From: a virus
Virus record (IMG/VR): IMGVR_UViG_3300032770_000015
Location: 1-64,000 of that record
DNA length: 64,000 nucleotides
Direction: 5' to 3' (one strand)
The position numbers and the translations under genes are program-made. Shown piece by piece: positions 9,600 to 19,574 of this stretch (within the stretch, counting starts at the first letter, position 1; each line of letters starts with the position of its first letter). The notes under the pieces were generated by a model. The model ran no database searches, was not told the origin of the DNA, and saw nothing but the letters and a program-made list of their open reading frames with translations.

Positions 9600-9768
9600 G
9601 CGTCTCCCCTCTCGCGCGAACACGTCGGCTCGCACGTCGTCCGGCGGGCCGTATCGGTGCCCCGCCGCAGGTGATAGATCGGGGCGCGGCAATCGGGACA
9701 GCGCCCGATCTCGCGCCACTCGTGGTCGCCGCCCGGAACCGGGGCCGCCGAGGCGACGGGCCGGGAAC

Positions 9769-11772
9769 CTAGAGCCAGGCCTTCCATGCGTCTCCCGTCA
9801 CGCTCGCCGCCAGCTGCTGCTTCCGCCGCAGCACGTCGAGCAGCTTAAGGTCCACCGTCTCGTTCATCACGATGTCCACGTAGGTCACCGTACCCGTCTG
9901 CCCGATCCGGTGCGCCCGGTCCTCGGACTGGGCGCGCGACTCGAGGCTGAACGAGTTCGAATAGTAGATGACCGTCTTCGCCTGGGTCAGCGTCAGGCCG
10001 AGGCCACCGGTCTCGGTCTGCCCGACAAAGAACCGCACGGCCGACCCCGGGTCTTGGAACGCGGTCCGCGCCGTGATCCGGCCCTCCTCGTCCACGCCGC
10101 CGTGGAACTCGACCACGGTATCGGGGCCGCACGCCGTGCGCAGGGCCGTGGCGATCAGGTCCAGCTCGGCGCGGAACCGCGCCCAGATGATGACCTTTCC
10201 CGGCAGGTCGCCGACGAAGTCCGTCAGCGCCTCGAGCTTCGGGTTCGGCCCCGGGATCGGCTGCACCCCGGCCGGGTACTTGACCGGGATGCCGTTCTCG
10301 CCGACCAGGACGCGCTCGAGCGGGACGAAGCCGCCGACGATCTGCTGCAGCCGGAGGAGCTGCGTCAGGACCATCGTGACCGTAATCCGGGGCTGCCCGG
10401 CCAGCTCGGCCATCATCTCGTCGCGCATCTGCCGGTAGATCCTGCCCTGCTCGGGCGCCGCGTCCACGGTCAGCTTCTGATAGATCTTCGGCGGCAGGTC
10501 GAGGCAGTCCTCGCGCAGAACGCGGAACGAGTACGGCTCGACGAGGCGTTGCAGCTCGTCGAGGTGGGCGTACCCCAGGATCTCGTGGTTGCTGAACCCG
10601 CCCATGATCGCGTAGTGGTTCCGGTAGGCGTAGAACGATCCGAACCCGAGGATGTTGGGGTCCAGGAACTTAAACTGCGTGTAGTAGTCGAGCGGCCCCT
10701 GCGTGATCGGCATCCCGCTGCAGATGCGGCGGTAGGGCGCCAGACGCCCGAGCTTCACGATGTTCCGGGTCCGCGTCGCGCCGGGCGACTTGATCCGCGA
10801 CGACTCGTCCACGGTCAGCAGCGTGGGGCCGGTCTTCAGGAACCGGGCGGCGGCCTCGAAGCCGCGGGTCGTCGAGAGGGCCTCGACGTTCATCACCAGC
10901 CAGCGCAGGCGTGTGTCGTCCGGCGCCGGGTCGAACACCTCGGCCAGGGCGCGGGCGTGATCGCCTGTGGCGCCGGGCCGCCAGTAGACGGCCTTATAGC
11001 GCACGTAGTCGGGCGTGTGGAGCGGCAGCTCGTCGGTGACCCAGTTGGTCTTGACACTGTTCGGCGCGATCACCAGCGCCTGGGTGATCTTCCCCCGGCT
11101 GTGGAGCCAGCACGCGGTGTCGATGACGACCTTCGTCTTCCCCGTGCCCTGCTCCATCAGGATCGCGAAGGCCGGTACGTCGCGCGACAGGAGGAAGCAG
11201 CGCCGCTGGTGGTCCATCGGCGGCGGCCCGCCGAACTTGTAGTCGGTAACGGGCGCCGGATCGCCGATGATCGCCGCCTTGGCGTCGTGCATCCGGGCGT
11301 GCTCGGCCGCGGCCTCGACCACGTACGTCTGGTAGGCGGCCTCGGCGGCCGGGTTCCAGACGGCGGCGGGAAACACCTTCCGCAGATAGGCCAGGTTGCG
11401 CCGGGTCGGCTTCGCGGCCCAGGTCTTCGTCTGCCCGTGCCACATGTGGTGGTCGGGAATCCGACGGCAGAGCTCGGCGTTCGCCGTCGAGTACGGCACA
11501 GCCAGGCGCAGGAGGCCGTCGCGCAGGTCCACCGTGTAGCCCGAGCGCGTCGGGTACGGAATCCCCGGGAGTCCGATCCCGAGGACGGCGAGCGCCTGCC
11601 AGTTTTCCACCGTGTGGGGCACGTACCAGGCGCCCGCCGTCCCGTCAAAACGCCGGGCCGGAAGCGAGCGGATCTTCCCCAGCGTCTCCGCGTCGGGGGC
11701 AAACCGGAGCTCGACCTCCTCGCCGACGAGCCGGGCCGCGATCCTAACCACGGGCGCTCCGCAGGTCGTCAC
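9769..11772 (-). CDS. SNF2-family helicase with N-terminal HARP-like domains
   Basis: MEQGTGKT (Walker A), VDESS, SGMPI, GLGLTL, QSEDRAHRIGQ. Confidence 0.9.
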   Translation of the reverse strand: MTTCGAPVVRIAARLVGEEVELRFAPDAETLGKIRSLPARRFDGTAGAWYVPHTVENWQALAVLGIGLPGIPYPTRSGYTVDLRDGLLRLAVPYSTANAELCRRIPDHHMWHGQTKTWAAKPTRRNLAYLRKVFPAAVWNPAAEAAYQTYVVEAAAEHARMHDAKAAIIGDPAPVTDYKFGGPPPMDHQRRCFLLSRDVPAFAILMEQGTGKTKVVIDTACWLHSRGKITQALVIAPNSVKTNWVTDELPLHTPDYVRYKAVYWRPGATGDHARALAEVFDPAPDDTRLRWLVMNVEALSTTRGFEAAARFLKTGPTLLTVDESSRIKSPGATRTRNIVKLGRLAPYRRICSGMPITQGPLDYYTQFKFLDPNILGFGSFYAYRNHYAIMGGFSNHEILGYAHLDELQRLVEPYSFRVLREDCLDLPPKIYQKLTVDAAPEQGRIYRQMRDEMMAELAGQPRITVTMVLTQLLRLQQIVGGFVPLERVLVGENGIPVKYPAGVQPIPGPNPKLEALTDFVGDLPGKVIIWARFRAELDLIATALRTACGPDTVVEFHGGVDEEGRITARTAFQDPGSAVRFFVGQTETGGLGLTLTQAKTVIYYSNSFSLESRAQSEDRAHRIGQTGTVTYVDIVMNETVDLKLLDVLRRKQQLAASVTGDAWKAWL

Positions 11773-11946
11773 GGCGCATCAGCGCGGCCAGCCGGTCCAC
11801 CACGAGGTCTTCCTCGTTGACGCGCGGGTGATCGTAGGTGATGTCCACGAGGAACCCGGCCACGCGCCGGCTCGTGGCGCTGAGCGAACGTCGCCAGGCC
11901 TCGAGCAGGAGCTCTCGCGGAGCCGGATTGCCGCCCACGGTGATCA

Positions 11947-12690
11947 TCAGAACGCGAACGACAGGCCGAGGCCGGTCAGGGCGCCGATGGCGATCCCGGC
12001 CAGGGCGTTCTTCGACGCCAAGAAGGCGACGACCAGCCCGGCAGCGCCGCCGACGGCGACGGGCTCGAGACGCGCCCGCACGAAGCTAATCGGGGTCGGG
12101 ACCGGGTTGCAGAGCGTCGGGTCAACGCGGACGGCCCCGACGCGCAGGTGCGCCCAGGTCGGCCCCGAGAGCCCGACCTCGGCGGCCTTCACGCTCCCGG
12201 TACCGGTCCGGCAACCGATGTCAGCGAGGATCGGCACCGTGTCGAGCCGCCACGTCAGGTCGAACGAGCCCGGCCGCGTCGCGGGCGGCGGCAGGACGAC
12301 GTGCGCCGTCGCGTGCAGCGGCACGCTGTCGACGCTGAACGTCGCCTGGCGGTCCGTCGTATCGGCCGCGACGACGGTCACGGCCGCGTGCGCCGTATCG
12401 TGCCCGGCCAGCGCCAGCGCGCCGTTGAGCTGCGCCACCTCGCGCTTCCAGCCGAGCTCGCGGGCCTCAAAGTCCGTGATCAGCTTCCCCTGGACGGCGA
12501 GCCGCGCGGCGAGCGAGTCGTTGATCGCGCGCGACGTGTCGAGCGCCGCCGCCGCGTTCGTCGCCTTCAGGGCGTACCGGTCGCGCTCGGCCTGCAGCTC
12601 CTTGATCATCGTGTGCGCCCAGCCAGCGCCAGCGCCGAACAGGGCGATGGCGATGACGACGGTCCACTCCTTCAGCTTCGCGGTCATCAC
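11947..12690 (-). CDS. membrane-anchored coiled-coil protein (possible spanin/lysis accessory)
   Basis: N-terminal TM, coiled coil, two hydrophobic C-terminal segments. Confidence 0.45.
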   Translation of the reverse strand: MMTAKLKEWTVVIAIALFGAGAGWAHTMIKELQAERDRYALKATNAAAALDTSRAINDSLAARLAVQGKLITDFEARELGWKREVAQLNGALALAGHDTAHAAVTVVAADTTDRQATFSVDSVPLHATAHVVLPPPATRPGSFDLTWRLDTVPILADIGCRTGTGSVKAAEVGLSGPTWAHLRVGAVRVDPTLCNPVPTPISFVRARLEPVAVGGAAGLVVAFLASKNALAGIAIGALTGLGLSFAF

Positions 12691-12700
12691 GTGCCTCCTT

Positions 12701-13051
12701 TCAGTCTACGGCGCGGGTCGAGATGCCGACGCGCCGCGCCATCCGGCGGAACGATGGCCCGTGATTTACGGGCTCGCCCCGCACGGCCTGCCAGACGTGG
12801 ATCATCTCGTGGAGTAGGGTCTCGCGGATCGCCGCCCACGGGTTCGTCATCTTCGTCGCGTACCGGTCGTCCACGATGATCCCGCGCGGGTGACCGTTCG
12901 GATCGGTCCAGCACAGCATCAGGTCGTGCTCGGCCGGAATGCGCCGCACGATGATGTGAACGGGTGGCAGCAGCGCGGCGAAGTGCCGGTCGTTCAGCGT
13001 GTGGTACTCGGCGTAGAGACGCCCCATCACGTCGGAGATACGCCGCGCCAC
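12701..13051 (-). CDS. SprT-like zinc metalloprotease
   Basis: TLLHEMIH ... HGPSF. Confidence 0.8.
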   Translation of the reverse strand: MARRISDVMGRLYAEYHTLNDRHFAALLPPVHIIVRRIPAEHDLMLCWTDPNGHPRGIIVDDRYATKMTNPWAAIRETLLHEMIHVWQAVRGEPVNHGPSFRRMARRVGISTRAVD

Positions 13052-13052
13052 G

Positions 13053-13880
13053 CTAGGCCTTCTTCCGTTCGGCGAGCCGCTGGTGGATCAGGGCGCCGGT
13101 GTCGGCGTACCCGACGATGTCGGCGCGGTTCTCGTGCGTCGGCACGTTGTGCTCGCGCGACAGCTTCACGCAGACCATCGCCTGCCACACGTCGGTGACG
13201 CGAACGTGCCAGCCGAACAGGGCGTGCCACATCCCCGCGATCCGGGCATCGTTCTCGGCGGGGTGCCCGTACGTCGCGGCGCGCGGACCACGGACGAGGT
13301 GATGCCCGGTGACCGACGGCGCCTCGTTCACCCGCTCGAGGATCGCCGGGACGGCCCCGGCCCAGTCGTACCGGGGGCGGGCGTTGACGCTGTTCCACGG
13401 GGCGGCGAACAGCAGGCCATCGCGGTCCCAGCCATCGAGGTTCGCCGGGTAATCGTCGAGCAGGATGCCGCCGCCGAGCAATCGCTTGTCGGCGATGAAC
13501 ACCAGGTCGCGCTGCGGCGCCCGCGACCCGCCGGTCTTCGGTGCCAGGAACCCGTGCCGCTCGAGCCAGGAGCGTTTCGCGTCGGCCATTCCGCCGCCGG
13601 TCGCCGTGGCGAATACGACGCGCAGCCCGGCGTCGCGCAGGGCCGTGACCCCGGCTAGGGCGTCGGGGATCGGCTGGACGCCGAGGTAGAGGCGCGGCGT
13701 CAGCAGGTCGAAGATCTTCCGGCCGCACGCGGGCTTCGTGAACTCGTCAATCTCCCAGCGCGTGATCTGCTCGATGGTCAGCGTGTCCTGGTACACCTCG
13801 TTGTACGCGCGGAGCCAGGCTGACACGAGGTCGGCGACGACCCCATCCATGTCGACGTAGACGACCGGCCGCGCGTTCAC
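13053..13880 (-). CDS. 5'(3')-deoxyribonucleotidase (HAD) fused to a DUF6378-like domain
   Basis: VDMDGVVAD, LLDDYPAN, APWN; C-terminal RAATYGHP...DIVGYA; start revised to GTG at 13880. Confidence 0.8.
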   Translation of the reverse strand: MNARPVVYVDMDGVVADLVSAWLRAYNEVYQDTLTIEQITRWEIDEFTKPACGRKIFDLLTPRLYLGVQPIPDALAGVTALRDAGLRVVFATATGGGMADAKRSWLERHGFLAPKTGGSRAPQRDLVFIADKRLLGGGILLDDYPANLDGWDRDGLLFAAPWNSVNARPRYDWAGAVPAILERVNEAPSVTGHHLVRGPRAATYGHPAENDARIAGMWHALFGWHVRVTDVWQAMVCVKLSREHNVPTHENRADIVGYADTGALIHQRLAERKKA

Positions 13881-14413
13881 GCGACCGCCGCGACCGGCGC
13901 CGCCGTGGCCTCGAGCCGTGCCCGTTCGAGCTGGCGCGCGGTCGGCATCATCGCCGCGAGCTGCGCCTGCTCGAGCGCCCGGGCCTTCGCCCGCGCGTTC
14001 AGCTGCTTCGACCGTGCCTCGAACCGCGCCATCAGCTCGCGCAGGGCCTTCTGGTAGTTCCCCTCGGCCCGCGTCCGACGCGACGCCGAGCGGTCGAGGG
14101 CGATCAGGTAGAGGCCCTGGACGGCCTCGAGCTCCATGGACGGGACGCCCAGCTGCTCGGACGCCAGCAGGGTGATCCCCACCTCGTCCACGAGCGACTT
14201 CAGGGTGCGGAACTTCGCGGGCTGCTGCTTCAGCAGGCCCATTCGATCCACGTGGTTCATCAGCATCGCCAGCTGGCCAACCGCCTGCGTCAGCGCCACG
14301 GTCGAGACCACCGTCCCGTCGAGCGGCTTCACGAGCCGGGTCGCCACCCACAGCTGGACGCGCAGCAGGCGGAACCGGGCGTGCTGCCACAGCGACTGCA
14401 GGCGCTTCATCAC
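13877..14413 (-). CDS. hypothetical helical protein
   Basis: Coupled ORF. Confidence 0.55.
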   Translation of the reverse strand: MMKRLQSLWQHARFRLLRVQLWVATRLVKPLDGTVVSTVALTQAVGQLAMLMNHVDRMGLLKQQPAKFRTLKSLVDEVGITLLASEQLGVPSMELEAVQGLYLIALDRSASRRTRAEGNYQKALRELMARFEARSKQLNARAKARALEQAQLAAMMPTARQLERARLEATAAPVAAVA

Positions 14414-14619
14414 GAGACCTTGCCTCCTGTCTTAGGTGGAACGGGTACCTCGGCGTTCACTTTCTCCAGGGCTTCGGGGCGCAGCCACCGCAGGGGCGAA
14501 CCCGGCGCGCGCTGCGCCACGAAGATGTCGCGCGCCCCCGTCGGATCGTCGGCGTACTCGACGAGAAAACAGCGCTCGACCAGCTCGGTCGAACCGTCAG
14601 GATAGACGAGCTCGACCAC
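14410..14619 (-). CDS. hypothetical protein
   Basis: Coupled ORF. Confidence 0.5.
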   Translation of the reverse strand: MVELVYPDGSTELVERCFLVEYADDPTGARDIFVAQRAPGSPLRWLRPEALEKVNAEVPVPPKTGGKVS

Positions 14620-14799
14620 CTACTTCCCGAGCTTGCTCGCGTCGGCGGCGACCGTCGTGCCCGCCTTGGCCACGTCCTGCGCGATCTTCTGCGCCACGTC
14701 GCCCACCTCGCCGAACAGCTTGCCGAACTTGGTCTTGCGGACCAGGAGCCCGGTCAGGACGAACACCACCACCGCCGTGATCACGATTGCCCAGAACAT
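14620..14799 (-). CDS. small membrane protein
   Basis: MFWAIVITAVVVFVLTGLLV TM; GGAGGG RBS upstream. Confidence 0.6.
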   Translation of the reverse strand: MFWAIVITAVVVFVLTGLLVRKTKFGKLFGEVGDVAQKIAQDVAKAGTTVAADASKLGK

Positions 14800-14828
14800 C
14801 TGCCCCTCCCTTCGGGTGAGTACTGCAG

Positions 14829-15249
14829 TGGACCAGCGGGGAATCGAACCCCGGTCCAACCAGCGCAGCCCTTCAGCAGTTACGAGCGTGCCCATTCACG
14901 GCGGGCGCCGAGGGACGACGGTTAGCGGGCTCTCGCGAGTCGCGCCGGGATGACCGTGTCCTCCACCAGCCGGGTTTCCGCTTACCAGCGCCGCGGCGCC
15001 CAGGCTCCGCCATCGGCGTTTCGTCCGATGCTGGCGACGGTGCCCCGAGTATCGGAGTCATCGGACCGTCGTCACCTGCCGCTGCTTAGGCGGCGCGGGC
15101 CAGTGCCCGAGCCGGACGGCGCTCGAGCTGGCTGACCACGGTGAACTTCGAGGACGCAGGCTTCGCGTTCCGTAGGTGCCCCTGTCACGGCGCGGGACGC
15201 TCCGGCTCGCCACTTCCGTTCGCACCAGCTGTCGAATCCTGTCTGGCCC
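14829..15249 (-). ncRNA. ssrA: tmRNA (transfer-messenger RNA), 421 nt
   Basis: 5' GGGCCAG..GGATTCGAC; 3' T-arm CGGGG-TTCGATT-CCCCG then CTGGTCC-A; acceptor stem with G3.U70 Ala determinant; internal tag ORF 15166-15086 ending ALARAA-stop. Confidence 0.92.
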
Positions 15250-15256
15250 AGGTCCA

Positions 15257-16069
15257 TCAGCCCTCCGCCTTCGGTACGACCCCGGCGCTGATGGCCGCCG
15301 GGCTGGCGGTATGGCTAAAGAGCGGCCGGAGGCGGTCGAGAATCCGCCGCTTCACGTCCACGTCGGTAATCTCCTCCACGATGGTCGCCAGAATGGCGCC
15401 GAAGAACGCCGTGCCCTGGCGCGCCGTCACGATGGTTTGCAGCGCCTCCTCGCGGCGGCGTTCCGTATCGTTCAGGCGGCGCAACTGCTCCTGCGCCTCG
15501 AAGAGCTCGCGCCAGATCCCGCGCTCGGCGTCGGCGAGGTCCACGGCGCCGCGCAGCTCCGTGTCGATGCTCTGCAGCTCGTTCAGCAGGGCGGCGTACG
15601 GCTTCGGCTCGTCGGGATCGTCGAGGAGCTGGTCGGGGTCGAGTGGCTTCGCCTGCGCCGCCCCGGCCTCGAGCGCGGCCACGACCTTCGGGATCGCCTG
15701 GTTCAGCCGCAGCTCGAGGCCACCGACGACGGCCCAGGCTTCGGCGGACTCCTTCGTCGGGAACCGGCCGACCAGCTCGGCCAGGCGGGCCGAGACCAGC
15801 CCGATGTCCTGCGACAGCGACATGAGCTGCGGGTCGTCCATCGCGGCGAGGAACCGCTCGGCTAGCTGCGCCGGGAGGTCGGCGCCGCGATACTTCGACA
15901 GGCTGGCACCGCGCAGCACGTCGAGCCCGCGCAGGCTCTTCCCACCGTGAAGGCGGCACCGCTCGCGCCCGGCGACCGGGTACTTCATGCAGTACCGCGG
16001 CGGCTGCGTGCCGCGTAGGTGCGCGTTGCAGCGCCCCGGTACGGTCTCGAGCGCGCCGTTCCCGTCCAT
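15257..16069 (-). CDS. HGGxSTG-domain protein, probable terminase small subunit
   Basis: RCNA...C...RCRLHGGKS followed by a helical domain. Confidence 0.65.
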   Translation of the reverse strand: MDGNGALETVPGRCNAHLRGTQPPRYCMKYPVAGRERCRLHGGKSLRGLDVLRGASLSKYRGADLPAQLAERFLAAMDDPQLMSLSQDIGLVSARLAELVGRFPTKESAEAWAVVGGLELRLNQAIPKVVAALEAGAAQAKPLDPDQLLDDPDEPKPYAALLNELQSIDTELRGAVDLADAERGIWRELFEAQEQLRRLNDTERRREEALQTIVTARQGTAFFGAILATIVEEITDVDVKRRILDRLRPLFSHTASPAAISAGVVPKAEG

Positions 16070-16311
16070 CAGCCCTCCGCGATCCGCAGGGCCATCGCCG
16101 CGAGCTGCACGGCCTCAGCCCGAATGCGCGTCGCCGGTTCCCCGTCAAGCTCGGCCTTGGCGACCTCGCCCAGCTCCTCGGTCGCGGCGAGGATCAGATC
16201 GGCCTGCGACTGGACGCCGAACCGCGCGCGGGCGGCCGTGACCTCCATGGCCACGTCGGCGAGAAACTGCCCGTCGCGGGGCAGGACGGTTCCCTCAGCT
16301 GCGACGGTCAC
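16069..16311 (-). CDS. MazG-like nucleotide pyrophosphatase domain protein
   Basis: EELGEVAKA ... EAVQLAAMALR. Confidence 0.65.
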   Translation of the reverse strand: MTVAAEGTVLPRDGQFLADVAMEVTAARARFGVQSQADLILAATEELGEVAKAELDGEPATRIRAEAVQLAAMALRIAEG

Positions 16312-16799
16312 CGATTTACCTCCCAGAGGACGCGGTGCTGCACGACGGCCAGCACGCGATCTGCGTAGGCCCGCGCCGCGCCGCCGCGTCCGTTATAACG
16401 CTCGATGGCGCAGCGCCAGTCGCGGCACCGCAGGTAGTTCTCGCGCATGATCCGAAAGAAGCACGCCAGGTTGCCCTGGTACGTCGCCACGTCGTGGTTC
16501 GGGCAGCGCCGGGCGGCCGTGTTCGGCAGGATCTGAAATCGGCCCCATTCGCCCGCCCGGCCCCGGAGCGCGGGCCGTAGGTCGTGCCCTGACTCGACGT
16601 AGGCAACCGCCTCGGTCAACACGGCCGGAACGCCGGTCACCTCCGACCAGAGCTGTAGCGTCGGCGCATCCGCCCCGAGGATCGGATCGGACGCGACGAG
16701 CGAGGCGTGGTCGGGCTCGGCGCCGGGCGCGAAGGCGGGGGCCGCGACGGCAGCCACCAGCGTGAAGGCGAGCGTAAAGGCGAAGCGCGTCAGTTTCAT
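16308..16799 (-). CDS. secreted lytic transglycosylase (SLT domain)
   Basis: Signal peptide, AVAYVES, GRFQI, RYNG; start revised to ATG at 16799. Confidence 0.75.
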   Translation of the reverse strand: MKLTRFAFTLAFTLVAAVAAPAFAPGAEPDHASLVASDPILGADAPTLQLWSEVTGVPAVLTEAVAYVESGHDLRPALRGRAGEWGRFQILPNTAARRCPNHDVATYQGNLACFFRIMRENYLRCRDWRCAIERYNGRGGAARAYADRVLAVVQHRVLWEVNR

Positions 16800-17246
16800 G
16801 GCATCACCGCCCTTTCGTATCCGCAGCCGATACAGTCGTGCCACCATGGCCAGTCAGCGTCCTTCCGCTCGACCTCGCGGGCCAGCCGGTCCTCGCACTT
16901 CAGGCAGAAGAACAGGACCAGGGGTTCCGCAGGCTCGAGTGCTAGAGGCTGGGGCTGCACCACGGGTGACCGGCCCGACACGGTCGCGGTGGGCGCCGGG
17001 ACGACGCCCAAGGTCGCGCAGGCACCGCCGTCGGCCGGACCGGTCACGCGGCATCTCGCAGTGCGGCCCGGATCGCGCGCACGATCCCGGCCGGAACCGG
17101 GCCACCGTGCAGGGCGCGCTTGAATATCGGCCACGCCATGCCGTTCAGGCGCGGCCGCAGAGCGTCATAGGCCCGGTTGATCGTCTCGAACCGGAACCGG
17201 CACACCTGCACCTCGGCGGCGCTGAGCCGTTCGACGCGGGCGGCCA

Positions 17247-17486
17247 TCAGATCCGGTGCACGCGCACGGGGATGGCGTCCTGCTCAGCGATGGCCGCGTC
17301 GGCGGCAGCGTCCACCAGGTCGAGGAGCTCGGCGGCCCGGGCGATGCCGGTCTTCAGCGCGGCGGTCACATCCTTCGGCCGCTTCGACCCGGCGTCCACG
17401 ATGGCGACGGGCGTCAGCCAAGCGGCCAGGGTCGCAAAGCGCAGTCGTTGGTCATCGTCAGCAAGCAGGGCTAAACGTCGGCTCAT
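17247..17486 (-). CDS. hypothetical protein
   Basis: GAGG RBS upstream, coupled to the downstream ORF. Confidence 0.5.
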   Translation of the reverse strand: MSRRLALLADDDQRLRFATLAAWLTPVAIVDAGSKRPKDVTAALKTGIARAAELLDLVDAAADAAIAEQDAIPVRVHRI

Positions 17487-17747
17487 CCATTCCTCGCTTT
17501 CGTGGGGCCTACGGTAATACGCCGACCGCCCGCAGCGCCAGGGTCAAGATCCACCCGGCAACGCCGATGCCTACGAGCAGAACGAGCCACGCTGTATAGA
17601 ATAGGCCCGGACCGAAGAAGGTGCGCAGCATCTGATAGAGGATGCGCGCCCGCTCGGGCCGCGATTCGGCAATATAACCGTAGATATGCCCCCGGGATTC
17701 GATGCTCAGGGCGTACCGGCCGTCGCGTATTTCGTAGAGGTGGATCT

Positions 17748-18266
17748 TCACCGGGGCCGCCAGCGCGTATCGTTTCCGGCCTCGGCCCAACGGGTCATGA
17801 CATACGACCGCAGGTCGGTCCGTAGGCCGCCGGTCGCCAGGGCGTTGCACCACGGGCACCGGGTCTCGAAGAACGTCAGTTTATCGCAGGACGCGCACCA
17901 GCTCGCGGTCGCCGGGCGCCACCGCTGCGCCGCGGGATCGCGCATCTGGCCGATGACCGCATCCGTCAGGTGCGCGACCTCGCCCCACGGGACCAGGGCG
18001 CCGACGAGGAGGACGGACCCGGCCCAACCACTGCGGGCGATCCGCGCCCGGTGCTCCTGGAACCCGGCCCACTCAACGACCGGCTTCACCTCGACGAGGA
18101 GCGGCGGCGTCGGCCCCGGGATCATGAAGTCCGGTATCCAGCCCGCGAGGTCGAGCGGTTCGTACTGCCAGGGCCAGCGCAGGCGGTCGAACATCGCCGC
18201 CCAGCGGGCCTCGAGCCGGGACCGGAACTCGTGGCCCGCATAGCGTGTCCGAATGGCCGCGATCAC
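17748..18266 (-). CDS. PD-(D/E)XK nuclease-like protein
   Basis: FRSRLEARWA ... YEP ... PDF ... VEVK. Confidence 0.7.
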   Translation of the reverse strand: MIAAIRTRYAGHEFRSRLEARWAAMFDRLRWPWQYEPLDLAGWIPDFMIPGPTPPLLVEVKPVVEWAGFQEHRARIARSGWAGSVLLVGALVPWGEVAHLTDAVIGQMRDPAAQRWRPATASWCASCDKLTFFETRCPWCNALATGGLRTDLRSYVMTRWAEAGNDTRWRPR

Positions 18267-19342
18267 CAGCCCTCGGCCTTACGGTCCTGCACGAACACCG
18301 GCATGCTGTTGATGATCCCGCGTTCGGGCGTCGTCAGCCAGAGCGCGCACTGCGCCGGTTCCGGTTCGTAATTGGCGATGTACGCCAGCTCGTCGTACCC
18401 CTTGACGCAGCCCGAGACGATCAGGCCCTTCGACGGGAACCAGAGCGACTGGTGGAAGTGCCCCATGACCAGCTGGTCGTACGGCCGCCCCGCCGACGCC
18501 GCGCGCCGGGTCTTCCGGTGCGTGCCGAGCAGCAGGGGCGCAAGCACCCCGCTGATCCCCGACCCGCCGTGAAACTGGTCACCGTGCGTCAGCAGGTAGC
18601 GCGTCCCGTACACCTGCACCGGCAGGTCGGCGCCGTCGGCGACCGCGACAGTCACCTTCGCGTCGCCCTTATAGTCGCGCTGCAGAAGCCGGTAGATCAA
18701 CGTGTCGAAGTTGTCGCGCGCCCGGTTCTTATACACCGGCTTCTTCGTCCCACGCGGGTGATTCCCCGGCACCCCGGCCACGTGGACGCGGCCAAACTCG
18801 CGGGCGAGCAGGTTGATCCCGGCCTCGAGCGGCTCGAGGATGCCGACGACCATCTCGGCGACGGTCAGCTCGTTCGTCTCGCGCAGCTCCTCGTGGATGT
18901 CCCCGCTGATCAGGTCGCCCGGGAGCATGAGGTTCGCGCCGTCGTAGGCGACCCCCTTCATGTAGTCGCGGCACAGCATCACCGCACCGGTGAACGCCCG
19001 CTTCAGGCGCTGGAACGCGATGGCGACGTTGTAGGCGTTCAGCCCCTCGATCTGCCCGGGGTCCACGACCTCACCGTAGTGGGCATCGCAGACTACCAGG
19101 GTCGGGATCGCCCGGTGCCCGGCCCGCGGCGTCGTCGGGGTCAGCCAGGACGGGACCACGGGTGCCATGCCCTTCAGGGCGCGGTATAGCCCGAGCTCCT
19201 TTTCCAGGCGTTCGGCGGCGGCCTTCTGGTCGCGGGCCTCGGCCCGGGCGGCACGGGCCTCGCGTGCGAGCTCCTGGTTCTCCGCGAACCGGGCGTGCGC
19301 CTTCTCGTCGGCGAAGCCCTCGAGCGTGGTCTTCTTAGGCAT
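18263..19342 (-). CDS. calcineurin-like metallophosphoesterase
   Basis: DAH, GDLISG, GNH, HGD, GHFH motifs. Confidence 0.85.
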   Translation of the reverse strand: MPKKTTLEGFADEKAHARFAENQELAREARAARAEARDQKAAAERLEKELGLYRALKGMAPVVPSWLTPTTPRAGHRAIPTLVVCDAHYGEVVDPGQIEGLNAYNVAIAFQRLKRAFTGAVMLCRDYMKGVAYDGANLMLPGDLISGDIHEELRETNELTVAEMVVGILEPLEAGINLLAREFGRVHVAGVPGNHPRGTKKPVYKNRARDNFDTLIYRLLQRDYKGDAKVTVAVADGADLPVQVYGTRYLLTHGDQFHGGSGISGVLAPLLLGTHRKTRRAASAGRPYDQLVMGHFHQSLWFPSKGLIVSGCVKGYDELAYIANYEPEPAQCALWLTTPERGIINSMPVFVQDRKAEGW

Positions 19343-19562
19343 TGTGTCTCCCGCCGTAGTGAACGGCCAGGTGTTCGTCGGTGATCTTCACCCCGTGGAC
19401 CTCGTGCAGCCAGGCCAGCTGCGTGGCCCGCGTGATCTTCTTTTCCTGCGCCGTCCGCAGCTGCTCCAGCACGTCGGCCGGGAGCTGGCAGACCGGACAG
19501 CTGGCGCGCTTCTTGTCCTTGACGAACTCGATGAGCGTGCGCTTCTTACTTACTTGGCCCAC
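19335..19562 (-). CDS. small zinc-binding protein
   Basis: CPVC ... H; precedes the phosphoesterase. Confidence 0.55.
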   Translation of the reverse strand: MGQVSKKRTLIEFVKDKKRASCPVCQLPADVLEQLRTAQEKKITRATQLAWLHEVHGVKITDEHLAVHYGGRHNA

Positions 19563-19574
19563 GGTGCCTCCGGT

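Noticed and set aside
14829-14860. Stand-alone tRNA or attP fragment
   Set aside because: It pairs with a matching 5' end about 420 nt away and encloses a tag ORF, so it is a full tmRNA
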